The translations under genes were made by a program, and so were the position numbers. Under the pieces are notes generated by a model. That model saw only the letters and a list, made by a program, of their open reading frames with translations. It ran no database searches and had not been told where the DNA came from. 64,000 nucleotides of DNA from a virus (lineage: Duplodnaviria > Caudoviricetes), in the IMG/VR virus record IMGVR_UViG_3300035670_000186, positions 1,829 through 65,828 of that record, one strand, 5' to 3'. The first letter of the stretch is position 1, and each line of letters starts with the position of its first letter. Shown here in pieces: positions 56,340-64,000 of the stretch.

Positions 56340-58100
56340 TTACGGATTTCCGCCAAAGTAATAGTCGCTCGCGCCTCGCGGGAAACGCCTCGATCTGTTC
56401 CCCGGAGTTTCTATTCGGTCGGGAGGTCTTTTGCGTGCGTTTCTCGACCCCGAGGAAGCCCTATTTTGTCTCGCCGATTCACTTCTTTGCGACGAGTTGT
56501 CGGCCGGACGGGAACGATTCATTCTGTTTGATTCTGATCTATTGCTCGAGCCGTCCGCTCTCGCATTTCCGGATCCAGGAAGTCTGTCCACCGGGCGTCC
56601 TTGTCTCGGAGTCGGACGCATACCCGACTGCCTAGAATCCTCGGCTCTTTGCGAAGACCTGTCTTCCGGTCTTGATCTGTCCATTCTTGATGATTCCGCC
56701 CTGTTTGATGATTCGTCGTAGCCGGGACCACCCGCACCGCGAAGTCTGTCAACCGGCCTATTCGGTCTTGCGATTCCCTGACGCCTTGCTTCGTTTCTGT
56801 CCGAAGAAGTGTCGGCCGGTCGTCCTCTTTCCATACGAGAGCTTTCGGCTCTATTCGATGACTCGTCGTACCCTGGTCCGCCAGCACTGGGCAGTCTGTC
56901 GACTGGCCTGCCCTGCCTCGGAGCTGGTCGCATTCCGCCTTGGCGTCGCTCTTCGTTTCTGTCCGATGACCTATCCTCTGGTCGTCCTCTTTCCATACGA
57001 GAGCTTTCGGCTCTGTTCGATGACTCGTCATATCCAGGTCCGCCGGCGCTGGGGAGCCTGTCTACTGGTCTGCCCTGTCTCGGGGCTGGCCGCATTCCTC
57101 GCTGACGTCGCTCTTCGTTTCTTTCGGACGATCTGTCTTGGGGTCGCATTCCCTCCATTCGGGAGCTCTCGGCCCTATCGGATGATTCGTCGTAGCCCGG
57201 TCCACCTGCCGCTGGCAACCTGTCTACTGGGCGACCCTGCCTCGGGGCTGGTCGCATTCCTCTTTGACGACGCCCTTCGTTGTCGTCGAACGAGGTGTCC
57301 TCGGGCCTCATTGCCTCTTGGCGTCGTTCTTCGTTTCTGTCCCATGAGTTCGGTGGCTCCATGCCCTGCTGGCGTCGCTCTTCGTTTCTATCGAAAGATC
57401 CGTCCCGTGGATCCGGTCTGCGAGCGGCGTTCAAATCGCCCATTCTGTTTTCGAAAATTCTTTTATCGCCTTCCTCGATTCTGTCCGCAGGAATGAAACC
57501 GCCATCTTCTCGTGCGATTCTGTCGAACCTTGCGCGCGCTTCGGTTCTGAATCTTCTTTCGCTCTCCGATCTGCCCGGGCCGCCCGCTCGTCTTTCCCTA
57601 TTCAGTTGCACGCCCTGGCGAGCCGCCTCTTGGCGAACGAATTCTCGTCTTCTTTTTTCCATTCCGGAGGGTGCGCCACCGCCGACCGGCTTTCCATCCC
57701 TACGCTTGTAGGGTACGCGTTGTTCCTGCGGGGTTCCGTCAAAAATGTATCCGTCCCCGTCCCTGTCGATCATGTCTTGGGCGTTGCCACCACCGGCCAA
57801 CGTTTGCCCCAATTGTTTTACCGACACGTCGAGCAATGCCCCTATGAGTTCGTTGGCCAAAACCGGCCCTATCGACTTCGCTTCGTGAATGACGATGCCG
57901 TGCTCGGTGGCGGTGCTCTCCATTTCGTAAAAAGACAGAACTTCGTCCAATGCCGATTTGGCTTTGTATATGGATTCGGTTCTCATGGGAAGAAACAAAT
58001 CGTCGTCCGGCTCCTCCGACCCCAGATCGTTTAGCTCCGCCATGGCGATCAGATACTCCGAGGTCAGCGATTTACTGGAGTAGTTGCCGTTGTTTTTCAT
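56340..58100 (-). CDS. 586-aa Arg-rich repeat protein with DRDGDG leader
   Basis: GGAGG RBS; KQLG...DMIDRDGDGYIFDGTP; similar to 15309..17042. Confidence 0.82.
   Translation of the reverse strand: MKNNGNYSSKSLTSEYLIAMAELNDLGSEEPDDDLFLPMRTESIYKAKSALDEVLSFYEMESTATEHGIVIHEAKSIGPVLANELIGALLDVSVKQLGQTLAGGGNAQDMIDRDGDGYIFDGTPQEQRVPYKRRDGKPVGGGAPSGMEKRRREFVRQEAARQGVQLNRERRAGGPGRSESERRFRTEARARFDRIAREDGGFIPADRIEEGDKRIFENRMGDLNAARRPDPRDGSFDRNEERRQQGMEPPNSWDRNEERRQEAMRPEDTSFDDNEGRRQRGMRPAPRQGRPVDRLPAAGGPGYDESSDRAESSRMEGMRPQDRSSERNEERRQRGMRPAPRQGRPVDRLPSAGGPGYDESSNRAESSRMERGRPEDRSSDRNEERRQGGMRPAPRQGRPVDRLPSAGGPGYDESSNRAESSRMERGRPADTSSDRNEARRQGIARPNRPVDRLRGAGGPGYDESSNRAESSRMDRSRPEDRSSQRAEDSRQSGMRPTPRQGRPVDRLPGSGNARADGSSNRSESNRMNRSRPADNSSQRSESARQNRASSGSRNARKRPPDRIETPGNRSRRFPRGASDYYFGGNP
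56470..57400 (-). repeat. Tandem 162-bp (54-aa) coding repeats, about five copies
   Basis: RQGRPVDRLPSAGGPGYDESSNRAESSRMERGRPEDRSSDRNEERRQGGMRPAP; GAGCTTTCGGCTCT recurs at 56839 and 57001. Confidence 0.9.
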
Positions 58101-58158
58101 GATTCCTCCAATTGTAGGTCAGGATCAAATGATAAAAAGAAAGTTTCCATATAGCTAT

Positions 58159-61100
58159 TTAACTTCGCCTACTACGCTGGCGACCCATGGGCAATCGCGA
58201 GACTATGCGAGAAAGATTCGTTTTGAATCTGGCACCTTCCAGCCTGTTCAAGTTGTAATTTCCCGTATTTTGACCCATTCCGTCCGCTTTCGCCGATTCG
58301 AGCATTTCTTTGGCCCTGTCGCTTGACACGAGGCCCAAAGATACGGCGTTTACGAGAAAAGCCGCCGACGCCCTGGATCCGCCCATTTTCATCATTTCAA
58401 GGGCTCCCGAGTCGACCAGGAAATCCACATCACGGGATGCTGATTTCAGCTCGTTTGCCATATCCAAAATTTTCGCAGCTTGCTTCACGATCGGTCTGGT
58501 TTGTGCGTTTTGTATGTAGTCGTCGACGGCGACGTTCACCCTGTCGTTCACCGTTTTGCCGATTGAATTGAAATTTCGTTGATCGATGTCGGATGCATTT
58601 CGCCCTCTTGCTGCCCCATTGATTTGCGCATTGGCGAAATCGCTGACGAACGATTCGAATCTTCTTGAATCGGCGTCCGCCGCCCACCTCTCGGGCCGGT
58701 CGTACGACGAAGGGGGGCGATTCTCGTCGTATCCGTAAGTTGACAATCCGCCCGGAAGATTGTAGAAAGGTAGTCCTCTTTCCCCACTCGAAGAAGATTC
58801 TCTGTTTTTGCCGCTCCTGGTGGAATTCCACGATTCCAAAATGTTCGCCATTTCGGGATTTTCGCTGGACAGGCGATCGCGCAATTGATTGTAGAAGTAG
58901 TTTCTTCTTCTCTGTAATTTGTACAGGTGATTTACCAGAGATTCGATTTCTCTTGCTTTGTTTTCCGTTCCCGACGGGTTGGTCTGGCTCCGCTTGGCCA
59001 AATACTCGAGTCTGCCCATCACCGTGTCCAATGACGCATCAGACGCGACCCACCCTTCCATTAGCTGCTGTGGCGATGCGTAGTTGGCCGACGGATAAGG
59101 CAACGATGCCCTGCCGTTTCTGTAATTGGACACCGCCGCCGAGACCTGATCCCGAGTTACCATGGCGCCGAATCGACGAGCTTCGTCGTTCGGGATTCGC
59201 AAAGTGGAGGGGAGGGCGGACGACATTCCGGCCGTCGGGTCGTCCGATCCGAACGGATTGAAAGACCTGTCGCCTCTGTCCATTTTCTTTGCCCCGCGAA
59301 GAGCCTGCAACCTGTCCCTGAACACCCTGCTCGATATTGCGTTTCTATTCGCCGTATCGATGATCACCCATCCGCCGTCGTGGGGTTTGATGTCGTAACG
59401 AGGAGGAATGAAATTACGACGACCCATGGCCGCGGTCGGTTCGTCCGGTGTTTCTTCCCCGTAGTACTCCGCCATGCGCTTCATTGCTTCGGAAGGTGTT
59501 TCTCCGAAAAACCCTATGTATGGTCCGCCCATTGATTCAATCATGGACGAACTCATCGGCCTACCGTTGAGATCCGTGAGCATGTCCTCGTTTCTCATCG
59601 TCGCTTGCGCCAGCCAATCCGAAAAACCTTCTCCGAGTTCTTTTTTCTTGTCGTCTAGCAATCTCCTGAATGCGTTTCTTCGTCGCATCATGTTCATTTC
59701 CTCTACCCGGGCGTAGGGGTCCATGGCCGCCAACCTGCGGATCGTCGCCGTGTTTCGGCCTCTGTCCACGTATTCTTCTACGGCGCTTGGAGAAAGACCC
59801 GTTATCCCGGAAAGTCTCGCGAATATTCCCGTCGCCCCGCGTGCATCGAAGTCGCTCGCCCTAGTCGGTTCGAAGGCGTCACTGGTGAAATCGCCGGTTC
59901 TTACGGCCACTTCGACCATTTCGTCGTGGCCGAGCATCATTGCGTAGTGATATATGTCGACCAAATCGTCGTCGCTCGGATCGTTCCAGTTTCTGGACGG
60001 CAAATCGTCGAACCTCGCCCCTATCCTTCTGGCGACGGTCTCGTATTTATCATCTCCGTAAATCTCAAACAAACGCGTATCCAGCCATGCTGATCCGCTT
60101 ATTATCGGCAAATCGGGCTGTTCGGAAGACATGCTCGCAGTTGGCCCGTCGGAAATTATCTGCGCTATCGCCGCTTTGCCTTCGTCCGACTCGAAATACC
60201 TGCGCCTTATTTCCGAAGATATGTTGGATATGCGATTTTTTACCGAATCGGCTTTTACTTTGAATTCCGCCGAATCGTATCTTCCATCCCGCTCGAACCC
60301 GAACAACTCGTCGACTGCCTCGTTGAACTCCCGTATCAGATCTTGCAAGTTCATTGACGAGTAGTTGTCTCGCACCGACATGGCGGCCGTGGGACCCATC
60401 TCGTCCGAAGACGTCATGCGACCGAAATTGTTCGAAATTCTCGCCGCCGTTTGCAAGTTCGCATCTTCCGGAATGACGAAACCGAGGGACGACGGCGACA
60501 CAGAACCATCGGAAATTCGTGCGTAAAGTTCCGCCAACCTGTCGTTTGACATTGCGTTTCGATAGGTTTCCAAGTCGTGCGAGGATAGCCTCGCTCTCAG
60601 TTCGTTTTCCTTCATGCCTGTTACGCGCGAAAGAGCTCGGATCGCATTTCCCCTTCTGTTGGATGCGATGATTGAATTGAAAGCGCTTGATATAGAGGCA
60701 TTTTTTGCGAGCTCGACTCTCCTCGCGGAACCGACCGCCGGAATCGCGTAACCAGATTCCGCCGAGAACGTGGGAACCTCGAGCGAGCCCTCCAATCTGT
60801 ATCCGGCTTCGTCCACCGTCGCCCTGAGGCCGCTATCGTCAACGGGGTCGGAGGACCTGACCCGCATTGTTCTGTTGGCAGCGGCGATCGCATCGAGATG
60901 GGCGATGGCTTCGGAATTGCGCGATGGCCCGGCCCTGAATGCGGTTTCGAATCTACGCCTCGACTCTCGAGCCACCAAAGCCACTTGATCGGTCGACATG
61001 TCCGAAAACATCCTGTCGTTTTCGCCGTACTGCCAATACGAGAATGGGTTTTCCACTCCGTCCCGATTGGTTAAACCGGACATTGAGCCCGTCGGTCCGT

Positions 61101-64000
61101 CAAAGGCCGATGATCTGGCTCTCGAGCGTCTCACGTAGTCGGCGTATTGGTGACTCGTCAACTTCTTGGTCGAAACTCCGAGTCCTGCGGGGGATGGTTG
61201 GTGCCTTACGGGAAGATTGATGTCGCTTGGTTTCGGATCCGGCGCGTCTTTGGAGTTGATGAATTCCATGTCGAAAGACTGTTGCAGTCCGCTTATCGGG
61301 TCCACTCCGTGCAATTCGTATCCGGCTAGACCCCTCGCTCTGGCTTGTTCGGCCGTTAGCCCACGTTTCGGCACAACCTCCAATGAGAAGAGTTGTTGGC
61401 GCCTCGGGACCCCGTCAGCCACCGATCCGTAGACGAAGGAGATTCCGAATCCTCCGTCCTGACCCTGTTTTATCATTCCAAGAACAGAGGCTGCGTTTTC
61501 GGGAATTCGTATCGAAAAATCGTTCGGAATTTCAAAATGAACTCCGGACTGTCTGCTCTCGACGACGTTAACTCCGTTGTCCAAAGTTTGAAGTACTCGC
61601 CTATTCGGGTCAAAACGGGTCTCCTCTCTTTTTCTGGACGAAGAAGGGCCGGGCCTTGGTGGTTGCTCCGACCCGGGCTCCCCCCGAGAGGACGAGCCAT
61701 CGTCGTCAAAAAGCGTCTCGCGTTGACCGTTGACGGCTCGCATCATGGTCTCCCATTCGATTACGGCGGCCGAATGAACTTCGCTTTCGTCTTTGTCCCT
61801 CCAATCGATCATGTCCGGATCAAACATGTCGGGGTCGGCGTCCCACCTAGAGGCAAGGTCGAGCATTTTGCCCAAGACCCTGACCGTGTTGATTCCGTCA
61901 ACCTCGGCGTCATGAGCACCGCTCACTTTTATTCCGAAGTAATTGGTTAGGGCCTCGAGCGAAGTGGACGGCTCCCCCGTGAAATATGGTTTCCCGGTCT
62001 TCTTTGAAATGCGCTGAGATCTTTTTAGCGGACCGGTATAGGACTTCCAATAACGAGCTCCATATTTGGGGTAAGAAACCCACTTGACCATGTCCCATAC
62101 GTCCGGATGGCGTTCGTTGAGTAGTTTCCGCATTCTCGCCCTGTCCAACTCGAAAATTGAGTTTGCTATTGCGAGAGTGTCTATCCATCCACCGATTTCG
62201 TAGTCGGGAAGCATTTTCTTGAATACCGGAAGATCGAACTGCTCGAGATTGTGGCCCATCAAGATCGCATCTTCTCCGATGAATTCCAGCAATTCTTTCA
62301 TGACCATTTCGGGGTCGTCAAAAGTCGCGGCTAGTTCGTCGGTGATCGGAACTCCGTCCCTCTTCAGGTTGTCCTTGGACCACTGGGAAAGTCTTACTCC
62401 CTTGGGGTTCATGTAACGTATCAATCTGTCGACTACCTCTCCGTTGACGACTTTGAATACGGCGACTTGCAACGGAGCCCCAAAGTCCCTGGCTTTTCCG
62501 GCAACCATTCCGGTCGTCTCCCAGTCGATCATGTAGACGGTATTCGTCTTCATGAAATCGGCCAATTCTTTCCAGCTTCGCACGCCGTCGAGAACGCTCT
62601 TTATCTTTCCGCCCCACGGACGAACCGCCTTACGGAACGGGTATTTCGGAACTCTTCGGCCGTTATCGTCTATTTCGTATCTCCAAGTCCTTCTCGTGGG
62701 AAACTTGGTGCCCCTATTTGGTCTTTCCATTCTCCATCGCGTCATCATTCTGCTTTGATCTTTTTGCCTCGCCTCTATCGCCCCAATATCTCCACCGTCC
62801 AATGCGCGAGCAGCCACCGACGGTGCAATCGGATTGGCTAAGGTTCCCTCGATGCTGTCGTGCGGATAGTCTCCTCTTTCCTCCGTTTCGGTTCCCGCCG
62901 GACTCGGCTCATCGAACATGTACTCGCGAGTCGTGCGTGATTCCCTCCGCCTTTCGTCGGATCCGGAACTTGCATAGTCGTCCCGAGTTTCCCGACGCCC
63001 GTCTTCGGGTTCCACTCTTGGTGTTTCGTTGGGTGATGCCGATGCAGGACGAATGCGCGAGACATTGAAAGTTTTTCTTTCGCCCGCCGAGACGACCCCC
63101 TCCTCGTCGATAACCAATTCGGTTCCGACCACGTACGTAGAGGCACCCTTTTCGTCAGGGGTCGCTTTTCTTAGTTTTCCTTGCTCCGCATCCCATACGC
63201 CATTCATCACTTCGACGTCGCGAAGGCGTCGCTTCTTTAGCGTTTTTTTGTAACCTCTTCCGTCGGGAGTAGAGGAAGGATAAGAAAAAATTAAATCGTG
63301 TGCGAATCCGGTTTCCGAAGAAAGAGATGCGGCTTTCTGGGCCGCGGCGATGACCGAGTCGGAGCTGTCCCCTTCTATGGTAACCGTCCCGTCCGTCTCC
63401 GCGTCGGCTGGGGATACGGAAAATGCTCGTGTCGGCTCCCGCATGGCTTCGCTAGCGGACCTGGCTTTTGCTTTTTGGGCTTCTTCGCGCGAACCGCGAT
63501 ACATCACTATGTTCGAAACGGCAACGGCAACGGGCTTCCCGGATTCGTCGGTCCCCAACAGGTGTAGTTCGGCTCGCCTTGCCGGGCTTGATTCTTCGAG
63601 CGGCTCAAAGACGTAGCCACCCTCTTCTCTGCGTGCAATTCTTCCGAATACCAATTCGGGGGACGAAATGGCCAAGTAGCGCGAAGATGGGGACAGCTCG
63701 TCGCCCGCGTTTTCGTGTCCATACGTGTTGATCAACATCGCCTTGTTCGTCGCCCTAGATCGATCGATGAGGTCTTTGATGTCCTCGAAATATCCGTTAC
63801 CCACGATGAAAACCGAGTCGTCGGTTTCTACTATCTGTCCGTCCTTCTTGCCGTCGCCGTACACCGTGTCAACTTGACCTTCGTAGTAGTTGTAAATAAA
63901 ATATTGGGCTTTGTAGCTCGACAAAGGCCTAATGTTCCCCAATCGTGATTCGATTTCGTGCTCAACCTCCCACGGTTTCGGATACGAATCGCCGACACCG
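58159..64000 (-). CDS. Giant protein (>1927 aa, 5' truncated): WYL-like domains, DEDDh 3'-5' exonuclease, five PTASM-like motifs
   Basis: Frame has no stop up to the window edge; IDWETTG, GHN..QFD and HDAE.D exonuclease motifs. Confidence 0.88.
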   Translation of the reverse strand, partial: GVGDSYPKPWEVEHEIESRLGNIRPLSSYKAQYFIYNYYEGQVDTVYGDGKKDGQIVETDDSVFIVGNGYFEDIKDLIDRSRATNKAMLINTYGHENAGDELSPSSRYLAISSPELVFGRIARREEGGYVFEPLEESSPARRAELHLLGTDESGKPVAVAVSNIVMYRGSREEAQKAKARSASEAMREPTRAFSVSPADAETDGTVTIEGDSSDSVIAAAQKAASLSSETGFAHDLIFSYPSSTPDGRGYKKTLKKRRLRDVEVMNGVWDAEQGKLRKATPDEKGASTYVVGTELVIDEEGVVSAGERKTFNVSRIRPASASPNETPRVEPEDGRRETRDDYASSGSDERRRESRTTREYMFDEPSPAGTETEERGDYPHDSIEGTLANPIAPSVAARALDGGDIGAIEARQKDQSRMMTRWRMERPNRGTKFPTRRTWRYEIDDNGRRVPKYPFRKAVRPWGGKIKSVLDGVRSWKELADFMKTNTVYMIDWETTGMVAGKARDFGAPLQVAVFKVVNGEVVDRLIRYMNPKGVRLSQWSKDNLKRDGVPITDELAATFDDPEMVMKELLEFIGEDAILMGHNLEQFDLPVFKKMLPDYEIGGWIDTLAIANSIFELDRARMRKLLNERHPDVWDMVKWVSYPKYGARYWKSYTGPLKRSQRISKKTGKPYFTGEPSTSLEALTNYFGIKVSGAHDAEVDGINTVRVLGKMLDLASRWDADPDMFDPDMIDWRDKDESEVHSAAVIEWETMMRAVNGQRETLFDDDGSSSRGEPGSEQPPRPGPSSSRKREETRFDPNRRVLQTLDNGVNVVESRQSGVHFEIPNDFSIRIPENAASVLGMIKQGQDGGFGISFVYGSVADGVPRRQQLFSLEVVPKRGLTAEQARARGLAGYELHGVDPISGLQQSFDMEFINSKDAPDPKPSDINLPVRHQPSPAGLGVSTKKLTSHQYADYVRRSRARSSAFDGPTGSMSGLTNRDGVENPFSYWQYGENDRMFSDMSTDQVALVARESRRRFETAFRAGPSRNSEAIAHLDAIAAANRTMRVRSSDPVDDSGLRATVDEAGYRLEGSLEVPTFSAESGYAIPAVGSARRVELAKNASISSAFNSIIASNRRGNAIRALSRVTGMKENELRARLSSHDLETYRNAMSNDRLAELYARISDGSVSPSSLGFVIPEDANLQTAARISNNFGRMTSSDEMGPTAAMSVRDNYSSMNLQDLIREFNEAVDELFGFERDGRYDSAEFKVKADSVKNRISNISSEIRRRYFESDEGKAAIAQIISDGPTASMSSEQPDLPIISGSAWLDTRLFEIYGDDKYETVARRIGARFDDLPSRNWNDPSDDDLVDIYHYAMMLGHDEMVEVAVRTGDFTSDAFEPTRASDFDARGATGIFARLSGITGLSPSAVEEYVDRGRNTATIRRLAAMDPYARVEEMNMMRRRNAFRRLLDDKKKELGEGFSDWLAQATMRNEDMLTDLNGRPMSSSMIESMGGPYIGFFGETPSEAMKRMAEYYGEETPDEPTAAMGRRNFIPPRYDIKPHDGGWVIIDTANRNAISSRVFRDRLQALRGAKKMDRGDRSFNPFGSDDPTAGMSSALPSTLRIPNDEARRFGAMVTRDQVSAAVSNYRNGRASLPYPSANYASPQQLMEGWVASDASLDTVMGRLEYLAKRSQTNPSGTENKAREIESLVNHLYKLQRRRNYFYNQLRDRLSSENPEMANILESWNSTRSGKNRESSSSGERGLPFYNLPGGLSTYGYDENRPPSSYDRPERWAADADSRRFESFVSDFANAQINGAARGRNASDIDQRNFNSIGKTVNDRVNVAVDDYIQNAQTRPIVKQAAKILDMANELKSASRDVDFLVDSGALEMMKMGGSRASAAFLVNAVSLGLVSSDRAKEMLESAKADGMGQNTGNYNLNRLEGARFKTNLSRIVSRLPMGRQRSRRS

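Larger units (their letters stand above)
19821..61095 (-). repeat. Dispersed peptide-level repeat P-[TV]-[AG]-[SAG]-M (PTASM), 21 copies in six ORFs
   Basis: Motif codon blocks begin at 19821, 20748, 21213, 21720, 24675, 26676, 28527, 30603, 32058, 32562, 33117, 40552, 46844, 49067, 51916, 52909, 59224, 59425, 60130, 60379 and 61081; all in frame. Confidence 0.85.
1..64000. mobile_element. Segment of a large tailed bacteriophage genome, probable actinobacterial host
   Basis: HK97-fold major capsid, phage-type SSB, MTase and helicase, tRNA and tmRNA, two WhiB genes, dense short ORFs with ATGA overlaps; no cellular housekeeping operons or integrase seen. Confidence 0.93.

Noticed and set aside
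56470-57400. Possible CRISPR or non-coding repeat array
   Set aside because: The period is a multiple of three, in frame, with synonymous variation, so it is a coding repeat
8820-58160. Shared CTAC/GTAG late-promoter motif upstream of tmRNA, capsid and giant ORFs
   Set aside because: Plausible -10 boxes exist (18632, 34687, 50134, 58129) but spacing to CTAC is inconsistent
19821-61095. PTASM copies as DNA-level repeats or 2A-like ribosome-skip sites
   Set aside because: Nucleotide sequences differ at synonymous positions and there is no NPGP signature
18879-64000. Many 60-270 aa plus-strand and alternate-frame ORFs
   Set aside because: All overlap long minus-strand genes and show no recognisable motifs

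Overview
This window is part of a large tailed dsDNA phage genome, probably infecting Actinobacteria (inferred from two WhiB-family genes, several leaderless promoters and a tmRNA ending in FALAA). Bases ~1-15.3 kb hold early, replication and host-takeover genes: an initiator-like protein, a helicase-loader-like protein, two RHH and several HTH regulators, two WhiB, an Ntn/HslV-like peptidase, a metallophosphoesterase, tRNA-Arg(CCT), tmRNA, SSB, a C5 methyltransferase with an alternative-frame beta-type ORF, thioredoxin, a HARP-SNF2 helicase and a thermonuclease. Bases ~15.3-64 kb form one minus-strand head region with an HK97-fold major capsid gene and about 45 kb of giant multidomain ORFs (5254, 1846, 892, 953, 1334 and >1927 aa). 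The main signal is a short peptide motif, acidic-x-P-[TV]-[AG]-[SAG]-M-small (PTASM), found 21 times across six giant ORFs. It is conserved at protein but not DNA level and sits between recognisable domains (ClpN, Nudix, zeta-like kinase, HTH arrays, zincin-like). Four of these ORFs also share a ~45-aa N-proximal leader (DADLDRIVLEGIP..N.GRGVPDPTP), usually preceded by a Lys-small residue pair. I infer a head-targeted, proteolytically processed polyprotein cargo system. All domain calls come from visual motif recognition; no database search was run.
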